NCBI RefSeq assembly: GCF_000002865.3
Contig: NW_001865090.1
Coordinates: 1-64,000, forward strand
DNA length: 64,000 nt
Reading direction: 5' to 3'
Origin: Monosiga brevicollis MX1
Taxonomy: Eukaryota
Position numbers and translations under genes: made by a program. Positions within the stretch are counted from its first letter, which is position 1; every line of letters starts with the position of its first letter. The notes under the pieces are model-generated. The model was not told the DNA's origin and made no database searches. It was given only the letters and a program-made list of their open reading frames with translations. This document shows, one piece after another, positions 1-11,864 of this stretch.

Positions 1-1439
1 GGTCAAATTCCAAATTTCTGCGGAGATGAAGAGGCAAGGACCGAGAAGTAAGCAGGAGGAAGGGAAACGTGGTAGCAAGATCTGGGCACGCAGAGGCACC
101 TCTGCCTGGGCCACGGTAAACAGGGCGGAGGAATGTTCGGCTCGAGCGCGATCGGCTTGGGTGTAAAACATGAAGCTAGCATGGGCAGGGCAAGAGGCAA
201 ATGTGTCTGTGTGTGAATCAAGTGTCATTAGGTATAGGCTCGGCAGATGCGGCCATGACATACTCAGTGATGAAGGTGGGAAGGAAGCGAGTTGCGTATT
301 GTTCGAAGCGCGACACCTGCTGCACCTCTGATTCTTCATTTACAGCAAGCTGGTGGTGGGCTGGTGAGGACACGGCCAAGAAGTGGGACGCCATCGCGGG
401 CAAGAGCAATGTGCGGACCTTGCGAGATTCTCTCAGGGGCATCTTATACTGAAATTTCTCAGCTCGGGCGCAGAGCACCTTGAAAGGGGTGTGAATCTTG
501 ACAAAGACGACCTTGTCACCTAAAGCGAACATGGAAAATGAAATGTGAGAGATATGAGACATGGAGATGGGAGTCGAGAGCCATCTTGAAAGTCAATTTT
601 GGCCAAAGGTCAACAGTTGCGGTGGACAAACCAGCGCCTAGCTCGTGTTCCAGCACAAGTCCTTTTTGTACCAATTCAACCTCAAAGTGGAGGCGCTTGG
701 CAGCAATGTGGGCGTCAGGATTGTCCTACCAGATAAAAAAAGGGGGGGGGGGGGGTAGCAGGCGGATGACAGGTCCTCAAAGCCGAGGAAAAGGGCATGG
801 CCGACCGTTTCTGGATTTCGAGTCAATGCAAACCTGGCGTTCGGGATCTTCCATCATGTCGATAAGGTCTTGATAAGTGACCTAAGGGGCCGGAAACACA
901 GAGAGGGGGGAAAATAAACCAGCAACATGAGTGTCAGCTCGCTTCTTCAGGTTGTAATGCGCAATGGTTTGAGCGCAAAGGCGGGGGGCAAGCATGCGCA
1001 CTACCTTTTCGGGCAGGTAGTAGGCAAGGATGTAGTCGATGCGCTCGCCAGTGGACAGGATGAGGTTGCGCTTGCCAGGTTTGCGCAAGGCCGCTAGTTG
1101 CTCAGGGGTGTACCACTCCTCAGCTGTACGGACTTGAAAGAGGTCACTGGGCTTGCGGCGATGGAGGTCTTCCCCGCGCTTGGGATGAAGATGGCCATCA
1201 TCAGGTGGTACGGTGGGTGCTGCCGAAGATGAGACGGAACGGGGGCTTGTCATCGGATGGGCGGAGGCCGGATTTTGGCCAGCAACGGCGGTTGGGTCGG
1301 ATGAGCCTGATCCGCTTCGGGGCTCGCTGAGGGTGACCTCAGTGGCGGGGGCAGGCGGGTCGTTGAGCATGCCAACCATATGTTGATCCACGTCCAGAAC
1401 ACGACGCCGCGCGCCGGACGGATCAGCGTTGTTGGCCAT
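1..1439 (-). CDS. Anoctamin/TMEM16 family protein, 5' part; multi-exon, continues off the left edge
   Basis: Spliced exons give the anoctamin N-terminal cytoplasmic motifs ERIDYILAY, KRLHFEVELVQKGLVLE, VFVKIHTPFKVLCARAE and FYTQADRAR. ATG at 1439 (MANNADP), GT-AG introns. Confidence 0.85.
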
Positions 1440-1923
1440 CGCACTGGCAACGGCCCGAGGGCAACGCAATTCCGTGCGGACACGCCCGCAAAGTACTGAT
1501 TAGCTGCTAGGCTGCACCACGAGGCAGAAAAGGTCAAAATGGGGGCGACAACGGCAAAGGGTTGAGGGTGAGGCATTGACGCGGGCGGCTCGTTCGATCC
1601 CGGCATTCGAAATGGAGCAACACACTCCGCACGCGCGCGCGAGCGGAGTGTGATGGGCCCCGTGGTGTGATAGCGTGCGCCGGGCGGGGGGGGGGAGTTG
1701 TTTCCGATGCAGGTTCCGGCCGGATCTGCAAGCTGCTGGCCATGACACTCACCCGTCCGTATGGATGCCCTTGCACGGGTAGCCCTCAATGCCCCGGACC
1801 AAAGGGACTCGAAATGACGAACAGTCGCACACACACACACAGCAGGGCACGTTTTCACGTGCTCTGCCCTGGAAGCAAGCCAAGGATCCAGTGCAAACCG
1901 GCCTGCGAGGTCGGAAATCTCAT

Positions 1924-2021
1924 AGAGAGAGAGAGAAGAGTTGAAGAGAGAGAAGAGTTGAAGAGAGAGAAGAGAGAGAGAGAGGGTTTAAGAGAGCTCA
2001 AGAGGGCCTTAAAGACACAGA

Positions 2022-2099
<78 letters not shown>

Positions 2100-2111
2100 C
2101 AGAGAGAGAGA
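1924..2111. repeat. (GA)n/(GACA)n compound microsatellite
   Basis: Directly visible. Confidence 0.95.
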
Positions 2112-2684
2112 GGACGATCGAAGAAGCACCCACAAACCAACGGAGCATGTGCAACACTGCCACACGCATTGGCACAAGTTACCACACACGTTGGTAAAAC
2201 AAGATATACGAAAGGAGCAACTTTGAAACTAATAGACATTTATCTGGTCACACTTGAATATCAGATTTTATATACGGGTAGGCAGATAGGATCATACATC
2301 CGGTTTTAGCTTACATCAACCTCTTTCGTGTGTGTGTGTGAGTGTGACCGTTGACAGTGACAGAGCTGGATCAAAGAGTCGTCTCGATTAGACATTGGTT
2401 GTGTGATGCAGGGCAGAGTAGAAGAGGAGGGGGAAGATAAGAAGCACGGGATCATCCGTACGCTGGATGCCCATGCCAGATGGACCTAGTCACAGATGTG
2501 GGACCAGCAACACACACACTTGTACACTTTTACATTTTCTGACTTGCGAGGAGTACAGGCGGGGATGATTAACATGAAGTGGCTTAGAAATGAAAAAAAC
2601 GAAAAGAAAAAAAAATCAAGATCCAGCACAATATGTGCACGAAAGAGGCAGAACGGCGTCCGCATGGTGTGCCGCCGAAGGGAG

Positions 2685-3205
2685 CTAATGTTTCTTTTCA
2701 ACGGGGAGCAGATCGGCCATGCGGAGGACGGAGAGGACGCGATCGGCGTGGCAGTACATGGCGCACTGAGCAGGGGTCACACCATTGGCGTTGGCCTGAT
2801 TCAAGTCGGCGCCGGCCTTGAGGAGGGCAAACATGAGGCGAACGTGGTCGTGGTAGCAGGCCCAGTGCAAGGGCGTGCAGCCGTTCTCATCGACGGCTCC
2901 TGAGCGGCGTTGAAGCTCCTCAAGGGACCACAGCTCAATGTACTCGAGGGCCTCGATTTCTCCCTCGGGGCAAGCAGCCGCCTCCAGGAGAGCTTCCTCT
3001 TGCCAATCATCATAGTGCACGGCGGCTGCAAGGTTGGGCAGAGCAGCGAGAGGTGAGACCGATCGCGTCATACAGATAGAGAGCTGAATGAGCGTCAAAA
3101 AGTCTGGCTTGAGGGATGGACTTGGCCCACCAAGTCACGCCAACGGCAGTGTCACGTACAATGGTCAGCCCAGCGGGGAGCTTGAACAATCTCGGTCACG
3201 GTCAT
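2685..3205 (-). CDS. Small ankyrin-repeat protein (about 130 aa, 2 exons)
   Basis: DENGCTPLHWACYHDHVRLMFALLKAGADLNQANANGVTPAQCA matches the ankyrin consensus. A probable first exon MTVTEIVQAPRWADH joins in frame via gtacgt...tgcag. Confidence 0.75.
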
Positions 3206-3440
3206 GATGAAGGGTGCTTGCCGACGTGAGGGTCTGGTCTTGTTGCGAGCTGAACAAGTAGCTTTCCAATCAGGCGCGATGGGAGTAGATCCGTCCTTGA
3301 AAGTGGAGAGGAGGGTTAGAAAAATGCCACTCTCGCTTCGAGCAAGCCACCACCCCCTCCTCCCACTGTTCGTCAACGCGTGGGTGAGAGCATCGACCCC
3401 AAACCACTGCGCACACACGAACGAGCACGCAGAGCGTTTC

Positions 3441-3627
3441 AGAGAGTTTGAGAGAGATAGAGAGAGTTTGAGAGAGATAGAGAGATGTTGAGAGAGATAG
3501 AGAGATGTTGAGAGAGATTGAGAGGGTTTGAGAGAGGTTGAGAGAGGTTGAGAGAGGTTGAGAGAGGTTGAGAGAGGTTGAGAGAGGTTGAGAGACGTTA
3601 AGAGAAGTTGAGAGAGATTGAGAGAGA
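3441..3627. repeat. GA-rich minisatellite with 10-nt unit AGAGAGGTTG
   Basis: Tandem agagaggttg units at about 3531-3590, flanked by degenerate copies. Confidence 0.9.
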
Positions 3628-4724
3628 AAAGAATAGAAAAGGGGCTTTTGGGCCGTTTGTCGGGGGTGTGGCACAACCATCATGGTTTGGGTTTGGTAGG
3701 ACGGTGTTGGGTAGTTGTGCAATAACTTGCAAATATGACGATACTATTTTCATTAATACAGCAACATGTGTATCATGTTCTTCACAAACCAGCACCGAAT
3801 CCCTTAATAAAACTTCACAAACAGTAAAACTTAATTATTTATGTGAAAAAACACCAACAATAAACATCGTTTAGCTTCGGCAACAACTAACCAAACACTG
3901 AACAACGACGCGCAGAGCGGTCGTAGTGGTGGCGTGTCGATCGAGTCAGACCATTGTGAATTTTGCCAACCGGGTCGTCGTGGGGAGCTTGCATCAACGT
4001 CCCCATGCAAGGGAGGACGTATTGCGGTCGATGCTTTGATGCGTGATGCGCACAGAGCCGAGTTGAACCAGACGTGCCGGCTGCTGCTGCCCTAGACGTG
4101 CAACAGACAGAGCCGCTCAAGAGCGTTTTTCACCCTCCACGCCCAGTGCCCGATCAGTCGAATCGGAGGCTGCGGGGCTGCGGCGTTAGGGGCAATCATA
4201 ATAGTCTCATCCAAACCAGAGACAGCGAGCATGCTATTCAGCTGACGAGCCGGGGCGTAGGGAGCTTAATGTGCATGCGTGCTGGAGGGGTCAAGGCGAA
4301 CTGGATTTGAGGGGCATCAAGGTTTTTTTTCTCACGTTTGCTTAGTGAGCAATATTTGCACTTGAAGTTTTCTTTTAGGGGGGGAGGGGGGCTCGAATCA
4401 AGGCATTGACTTGGGTCCTACATTTGGGTGATGGCCACTGATGCAACGCCGCGCCGCGCACCCAAGCCAAACCTCTCTGTTCTGGCTCTGCTCCTTTTCT
4501 CTATCTGAAGGTCCCGGAGCACAACGGGAGGGGGCGAAGAGAGCGAGAGAGAGACTGAATTGGTGGCGAAAGCGTCTCAAACCAGGTTGATTGGGGTCTT
4601 GTTGAGGGGGCAAGGACTCGCTGCCAATTCTTGTCCTGCCTGCGCGCTCACGCAATGGCCCGTGTTCGGGGTCGGCATCTCGTCTGGGGCCGCCCTCACA
4701 TCCGAACAGATGTCAAAATTTAGG

Positions 4725-7586
4725 TTACGCTGCGTCTGAATAAGCGCGATACCGGTATTGTCGAACCGCGCCGTCTCGACACCCTGCGTACAACCAGTCG
4801 CCCTTGAGGGCCAGACTGGAGATACCATCCAGGTTGCTGCCTACTCGACGCCCGCCCGTGCACATTGTGGGAAAAAAAATAAGAAAAGCTCATTGGGTCG
4901 TGAGGCCACGACGTTCCGCCGACCCTTAATATGAAGGGGAAAAAAAAAAAAAAGGAAGAAGAAGACGAAGCAAAAGAAGAAGACAGGCAAGACACACCTG
5001 AATACAGCCAGGAGCCTGCATCGTGTTCTGCGGCGGGTGTGGGCCATGCCACAACGTCCCCATTTACGGTTCCACACACAAACTCATAGGCTGTTGGTCT
5101 ATCAGGGGGGCCGGAATCAGCCACAACCACCACCGTTGGCCAATTGATGAGCGCGATCCAATGCTCCAATCGAATAGCATGACAGGTACCCTCTCATCGT
5201 CCCTCGTCCTACCGATGGCTCGCACAGACGGCCGTAATGGCCGCATTGCCCTGCTGGCGCCAATTCACGGGCCGCCTGCCACAGTCGCCCATACGTGAGA
5301 AAGACATGGCTAAAACCTCTCCTCATCCCAAAATTAGTGGATGCAAACAAAAGCTTAAACAACGCTGTCCACCTATTTCCTTCCGCTGCTTACTTGGGTA
5401 CGCGAAGATCGCAGCTCAACAGGAGACCCTGGTCTGTGCCTGCCACAAATTGCGCGCCGCTTCCCCCGACGGCGCCATCGCAGCTCAAACATGTAACCTC
5501 CAATGCTTTGAGTGAGCTACCTTCCCCAGTACCTGGCGTTGAAATGCCTGCCTCGCTGGCAGCCGCTGACACATCAAGCTGCCAAACCTGAGATCACCAA
5601 AGCAAGAATCAGTCACAGCACCCAAACAACATGTAATCAAAACCTCTTCCGCCCTCCCTTGATATTGGCAAGGGCAAACCGATCAGTGTTTCGGTCAGCA
5701 GCAAGGCAAGTTGGTAAATACGCAACTTGGCCGACTCACCGCTTGACGTGCTCGAAGATCTAGCACGCTTACACGGCCGGCCTCCGTGGCCACATAGACC
5801 AGGTGATCGTCTGTACCCGCCTCGTGCTCGTCTACAGTCGAACACCCGTAAAACGACCGCGGATACACATGCCCTGCGCTCGTACCCCCTCCCACGATGT
5901 ACTCTTTCGCTGTCACGTACCCAGAGTTGGCGCTGCCGAGGAATCTGACAGGGTTCCACTGTCTGAGGCCACGCGTGCCACGGCCAGCGCGGTGACAGCG
6001 GGCCCTTGTAAACTTGTGGCCGTGCGCGGCGCGGCATCCACAGCCAACGGGTACACTGGCCACAAAAGCCGTGAGCCCGAGACGACTGGTATCACATTGC
6101 CTCAAGCTTTGAGCAACAAGGGCAACAAGCAGGTGCGCCCGTGACGGTCCAAGTACCTTGGCGGACGCAGCTGGCCGAGCCACAGTCCCACAAACGTACG
6201 CTGCCATCTCGGCTACCCGCTGTGAGGGAAAAACCAGAGCACGCGTGCAGTCAGTTTTCCCAGTTGCAACGATTCATTGGATCAGATCGAAAGGTTTCGA
6301 GGGCCTCACAGATGATATTGCGACCTCGATCCACAATCCCGGCTGCTAGTACGCCTGCCGTGTGTCCTTTGAGCACGACAGGACAAGAGCCATCGGCCAC
6401 CGACCAGATTCGCAGCGTGTGATCTGCACCAGTCTATAGCAGGACAATGCATGGACAAAGAGAGACGTCAAACACAAGGCCGGCCGTGCCATCGCCCAGT
6501 ACGGACGCTAAAAACACGCACCGTCAGCAGCACCTCGCCAGAGGGAAAAAATTGACACGAGTACACGTCACCCCGATGTCCCTTTAGCACACGCTATTCG
6601 TTGTTCACAGGGGCAAGACAGGTAAGTTGTCCCGCCAGAAGATCGCAACGCGCCTTTGAGTCTGTAGCCCTTGGCCCCTAGGCCTCCAGCCTCTGCGACA
6701 GAACAGCATGTACACACATGCTGTTCTGTAGTCTGCGCGTTGTGAATCGTGGCCACTCCGTTGGTACCACCAATGGCCAGCAGGCCGCCATTGGGAGATA
6801 GAGCACAATCCAGCACCGAACACTGCGAAAGCGTTTATCCGTCACCTCATGAAAGACGGCCGCGCAAAACAAGGGGGCGGGGGGGGNNNNNNNNNNNNNN
6901 NNNNNNNNNNNNNNNNNNNNNNNNNNNNNNNNNNNNNNNNNNNNNNNNNNNNNNNNNNNNNNNNNNNNNNNNNNNNNNNNNNNNNNNNNNNNNNNNNNNN
7001 NNNNNNNNNNNNNNNNNNNNNNNNNNNNNNNNNNNNNNNNNNNNNNNNNNNNNNNNNNNNNNNNNNNNNNNNNNNNNNNNNNNNNNNNNNNNNNNNNNNN
7101 NNNNNNNNNNNNNNNNNNNNNNNNNGCTTGTCGTGCTCTAGGCGTAAGGTCATCTGCATTGAAACGGGCATCATTTAGCCCCAGTCCACACAAGTGCCAG
7201 TGCGAGCGGTCGCCTTACATTGTCATGAAGCAGCTCGGCCTCAAAGCCATCCCGGCCCAGCGGACCCTCCCGCACCACCACCACGCTGCCATGATCAGTG
7301 GGCTCGCCGTACCGCCGCGCCGAGACCCAAAACTTGCCCTCGCCCTGATCCACGTCCACACCCCAATCGTGCTGCACGCACACCTGCCGTTGCGCACCAC
7401 AACTCCGTCAGCCCAGCCCAGCCCAGCCCAGCCCGTCAGGCTCCACGCAATCTAGGTAGAAAGACAGGTGTATCTTGTCCCATGTCTCCAGCCCAAGAAT
7501 AAAAAAGCTCGGACGACTGCACTCTTTCCCCTTGATGCCCACCTCCACCTCCTCACCTCAGACCGCCGTGAAACGCTCGCCGCCAT
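4725..7586 (-). CDS. PAAF1: Proteasomal ATPase-associated factor 1 (Rpn14), WD40 protein; multi-exon, spans the N gap
   Basis: N-terminal VQHDW..EGKFWVS, central GH.GDVYSCQFFPSGEVLLT/ADHTLRIWSVADGSCPVVLKGHTAGVLAAGIVDRGRNII and C-terminal LYAGCRDGAVRQY all match PAAF1 motifs. Stop TAA at 4725-4727; the start exon is tentative. Confidence 0.88.
6887..7125. other. Assembly gap (239 N) following a poly-G run
   Basis: Run of N. Confidence 1.
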
Positions 7587-7612
7587 CACTTTGGATCAAG
7601 ACACGCCACACA

Positions 7613-7617
<5 letters not shown>

Positions 7618-7650
<33 letters not shown>

Positions 7651-7651
7651 T

Positions 7652-7701
<50 letters not shown>
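7618..7701. repeat. (GA)n followed by (CA)n microsatellite
   Basis: Directly visible. Confidence 0.95.
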
Positions 7702-7723
<22 letters not shown>

Positions 7724-8054
7724 CAGATGTAAGAAAAAAGTAACGGCTAGTAGAGCACGGAACTCAAGGGCAGTGTGGTACAGGAAAACTGGTGCTATGA
7801 AGCTTCGTGCAAAGGCTTCCATCTCTACTTTTGGTGAGTGTGGAAGTGAGAGTGAGAGCGAGCATCAGAGCGCGCATCAGAGAGCGTGGGGAGTGATGAG
7901 TTAGAATGTGGAGTGCCAGGGCTGTGGAGGTTATCTTCATCTCGAACAAGAATGGTGATGAGATAGGGTTGTCGATGCAAGTCAAATTTGAACAGAACAC
8001 ATGGCAAACACACAATACACATAACATGCCCGAGCTCTTCAACGCAAACTCCTC

Positions 8055-10961
8055 TCAAAGAAGCGCACGAAGCTCTTTCAATGCGGCGGTGGCAGCTTCC
8101 TGTTCCGCTGCGTCATCGGCCATATCAATGGCATCGACCAAATCTTCGAGAAGGTAGTCCAGCTTTTGCTCGATCATTGGAGAGGCAGTCTTGAGCTCGG
8201 GCAACTCGCTAAAATGACGGGCTAGCGCCTGAGCAAACTTGGCATAGTATCCCAGGTTCTTGGCCATGATGGAGTCATGGACGTAATTGGCGGCCAACAT
8301 GGCGGTGTAGGTCTGCACCGCGGACGGCGTCAAACCTGTCTGGCAAGCGGCAAAACATTCATCGGCATACTTGAGGTCACGGTCGGAAAACGTCACCTTG
8401 CCACCTGAAGCTGCCCCTCCGCTGCTACTAGCCGTGGCAGCTGTAGCACCTGTGCCAAGACCCAGGACGGCCGCTGGGTCCAACCCAGCTGCCCGCAAGG
8501 CTGCGATGAGGGCGGCTTGACCCCCCTCGATCGCAGCTGGGGCCTCCTTTTCCTCGTTGACGGCCACCTCCACGGGCTCTGTCACCAGGGGCAGGGCCCA
8601 CCACTCCTCTAGAATGCCATCTGCCTCCTCCACCTTGGGGGCAATCACCTCGGAGAGTCCTCGGCCATCCAAGCTGTTGTCGCACAAGGCCACGTTGAGG
8701 CCACCCACCAACTCCAGAGCGTCTGTCGCTAGATTTTGCAGCATCTGTGCAAACCCCCATGTGCTACCCTTTTGAGCAGCACTGCCAATGCTGACCACGC
8801 CCTCGGCACTCCAACCGCCCTCGACGCGGTTGGCCCAGACCATGAGGGTGCGTGCGCTGTTGGTGGCCACGTTGTACTTGACCGCAACGAAGAGTGCATT
8901 GCCATCTGCTGACTTGACGTGGTCACGGATCAAGGCCTGCAGCCTGTCCTGAAATTCACGTTCGTGATTGCCCAATGCCTGACGTCCGCGCAACGAGATG
9001 TGCTGATCAATCTCGCCCCCGGTGGCCAAGTTGATACGGGTCAGGTTGGCCTCGCAAAGGGCATACGCCTGCTGTGCGCTGAGCTGCACGCCCAGCGTGA
9101 AGATGGCGAGGTTGGGTGTGTCGGCAAAAACAGCAGCCGCCGCCTCAGCGGTCAGACCCTGCTTCTCAAAGTGAGTCTTGAGTGCAGCCTCGTCATCGTC
9201 CAGCATGATGGCCTCAAAAAAGGCCAGGGGCGATGCCACGCCCGGGGCGAGCTCGTCAGCTTCACAGCCAAAGAAACCAAAGTTGGCGGCAGCCGTGTTC
9301 ACAGCGTGCTGGTGCTGGTTGGTACCCTGCGCCGTGGCGTTGGCCAGCTCTGGTGTGTCTGGGAGTGACAGGTTGCGCAGCCACGAGTAGGGTGAGCCGT
9401 ACTCAATCCCGGCGCGGTGAGCCAGCTCTCGCCAAACCCGGGCCTCGTCGCCGTATTTCATGTCTGGCACGTCAAAGAGCTTGTAAATGGCAAAAAGTAG
9501 GTCAGCCGGCATCCAGGCCTGGTAGCGAACTCCAATGTCAAAAACGAGGTAGCGACGAATCCAGGTGGCATCCACCTCCTCCGTCACGGTCCGGTGAATG
9601 GCCAGGTCCCAGAGCTGTGCCGACGTCTGCACTAAGCGAGTGTAGAGTGCTGAACCAGCCTCGGCATCCGCAGATTCAAAGCATGAACGGGCCGTATCGG
9701 AGATGCCCACCAAGTCGTCAACCAGGCGAGTCATCTCGTGGTACGTCTTGTCCGCCTTGACGCCCTGATTGAGGTTGTTCAGTTTCATGCGACTATAGTT
9801 GACCATGCTCCTCAGAAGCGCCACGCGAAGGGAGGTGCCATTGAGGCGGGCGCCCATGGCTTGCGTTTCAAACAGATCGCTTTCCTCGGGGGCTGTGAGT
9901 TTGCCGCGATTCCATTCGGCATAGGCACGCAAGGCGAGGGCATTCTCAAGGGCGGCAGCCGTGGCGGGGTCTAGGAGGTTGTGCAACGGCCCCACAAGAG
10001 CCTGAAAGGTGTTATGAAGGTGCTCGAAGCGAGACAGCAGTAGCTCACGGATTCGCTGGTCAACGCTGGCGGTGACATCGCCGTGCTCGGCCATCGCCCG
10101 CTGCACGGCAACAACGATGGACTGCTGCTTTTGAAGCCAGGCCCCACGATCAAGCTCGCCATTGTCGACGCCTGTGATGCGATCCGTGGTCGGGCTAAGA
10201 AAGAAGCGCGCGTCCTCGTTACTGAACCAAGCCGGGAGGATGGCGGCAGCGGTGAGGGCGTGGGGACCACGTGAGCGATGGAGGCGTTCGGACAGCGTCC
10301 AGGCACGGGCAAAATAGGAGGAAAATTTATAGCTGAGCCCCGCCGCATCGAGGTGATCGTAGCACCACACCAGTACTTCTCGGGCCTCACGATAGTAGAG
10401 GCCCGATCGATTGATCTCGCGCATGGTGGTGGCAGCATCCTGGTATTGGGGCACGCAAGCCCAATCGAGCCAGATGAATTCTATGGCCCCATTTGCAATC
10501 GGGGGCCACTTGGCCAGGTACTGGATCAGGTTGCGTGGAACGACGCGTTGGCCTTCTTCTCCATCGGCTGCCTCACGCGAAGCGGGCTTGGGTGCGGCCC
10601 AGCGCCAGGAAATGGCGGCGGTGCGATGGCAGTAGTCCTGCAGAAAGGCGTCCAGGCTCACCTCAACATAGTCGCCGGTGGCGATGCTCTCGTAGCAGCG
10701 GACCCAGTCATACTGAACCACGGCGGAGACACGCAGCAAGCGCATGTTGGCATCGGCAGAGGCACCCACGCCCTTATCAGAGCCAACGGCGGGGCTGGCG
10801 ACGGCGGCGGCATCAAGAGAGGTTGCCGCTTCCACCACTGGCTTGCCACCACCGGCAACGGGAGCGGGCGCTTGAGGCTCGATCGACGTGGCAGCGCCAG
10901 CTGGTAGACTCGAGCTGGGTGCCCCATCTCCACCCTGCTCCTTGGTACACGCCTGCCCCAT
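8055..10961 (-). CDS. Single-exon 968-aa protein with an N-terminal MGxxC lipidation motif and a HET (heterokaryon-incompatibility, TIR-related) domain
   Basis: Uninterrupted ORF starting MGQACTK. HET-like motifs AISWRW, FIWLDWACVPQ, EINRSGLYYREAREVLVW and YFARAWTLSE, plus a later RYQAWMPADLLFAIYKLF..YGDEARVWREL block. Confidence 0.8.
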   Translation of the reverse strand: MGQACTKEQGGDGAPSSSLPAGAATSIEPQAPAPVAGGGKPVVEAATSLDAAAVASPAVGSDKGVGASADANMRLLRVSAVVQYDWVRCYESIATGDYVEVSLDAFLQDYCHRTAAISWRWAAPKPASREAADGEEGQRVVPRNLIQYLAKWPPIANGAIEFIWLDWACVPQYQDAATTMREINRSGLYYREAREVLVWCYDHLDAAGLSYKFSSYFARAWTLSERLHRSRGPHALTAAAILPAWFSNEDARFFLSPTTDRITGVDNGELDRGAWLQKQQSIVVAVQRAMAEHGDVTASVDQRIRELLLSRFEHLHNTFQALVGPLHNLLDPATAAALENALALRAYAEWNRGKLTAPEESDLFETQAMGARLNGTSLRVALLRSMVNYSRMKLNNLNQGVKADKTYHEMTRLVDDLVGISDTARSCFESADAEAGSALYTRLVQTSAQLWDLAIHRTVTEEVDATWIRRYLVFDIGVRYQAWMPADLLFAIYKLFDVPDMKYGDEARVWRELAHRAGIEYGSPYSWLRNLSLPDTPELANATAQGTNQHQHAVNTAAANFGFFGCEADELAPGVASPLAFFEAIMLDDDEAALKTHFEKQGLTAEAAAAVFADTPNLAIFTLGVQLSAQQAYALCEANLTRINLATGGEIDQHISLRGRQALGNHEREFQDRLQALIRDHVKSADGNALFVAVKYNVATNSARTLMVWANRVEGGWSAEGVVSIGSAAQKGSTWGFAQMLQNLATDALELVGGLNVALCDNSLDGRGLSEVIAPKVEEADGILEEWWALPLVTEPVEVAVNEEKEAPAAIEGGQAALIAALRAAGLDPAAVLGLGTGATAATASSSGGAASGGKVTFSDRDLKYADECFAACQTGLTPSAVQTYTAMLAANYVHDSIMAKNLGYYAKFAQALARHFSELPELKTASPMIEQKLDYLLEDLVDAIDMADDAAEQEAATAALKELRALL

Positions 10962-11098
10962 GATGCCCACGCACGACCAAACGGGCGCTGCACAGCAAGA
11001 GATCTTGGAAGGAAATCTAGAGATCACACACACACACCACGCACACCCACACACACACACAGCTCGAGAGAGGTAAATAAAAATAGGACTTGTGGGCG

Positions 11099-11202
11099 CG
11101 AGAGAGAGAGAGGGGGGGAGAGAGAGACAGAGAGAGACAGAGAGAGACAGAGAGACCAGAGACAGACAGAGAGAGAGAGACAGAGAGTTTTTGATAGTTT
11201 TT

Positions 11203-11237
<35 letters not shown>

Positions 11238-11288
11238 ATGGAGAGAGGGCAGCATAGCTGAACAGAGAGAGAGAGAGAGAAAGAGAGA
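11099..11288. repeat. (GA)n-rich compound microsatellite
   Basis: Directly visible, just upstream of the HET gene. Confidence 0.9.
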
Positions 11289-11864
11289 CGCGTGTGGGGA
11301 ATAGCAACAGCAACAGCAACAGCACATCAACGGCACGGGGTCAAAGCAACCAGTAGTTTGGTTTGGCCTACACACACATACTACTCATTGGGATGTATGG
11401 GTGATGGGTCCTTGGGAAAAAAGCGAACCAAGGCGGAGAAGCTCGTTGAGGGCACTCGATTGACTTGTGGATCAGGTACAAGCAAGGAGAAGCAGCGGCA
11501 GGATGGCGACAACAGAGCAGGGGAGGGAAAAGGGGCTAGCCATTCCATTCAGGGTCTGTGCTGCAGCAGCAGCCTAGGCAGGCTCAACCATACCCAAAGT
11601 CCTTGCTGTTGACAAACCCAGGAGCCATATCAGTCGACATGGCATGGTACATCTTCGGACGAGCCAGCGCCGTGCTGTCAACACGGTTACATCCCATCGA
11701 CGCCCGACAGACTGACTGCCGCCCCCCTGCGCGACACCTTGACACATGCCATGCGCTGCCCTTTCGATCATGCCACCCACCCATCAAGACAAGTATTATA
11801 CTTCTTATCCAATCCTTCATGTCAGAATAACGCTCTCACCAACAGTAAAGTATTTTACTTCAAG

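Noticed and set aside
3880..4700. Short ORFs between the ankyrin and PAAF1 genes
   Set aside because: No motifs or coherent splice structure.
10962..11375. 138-codon N-terminal extension of the 1106-aa ORF
   Set aside because: Runs through GA/CA microsatellites; MGQAC at 10961 is the more credible start.
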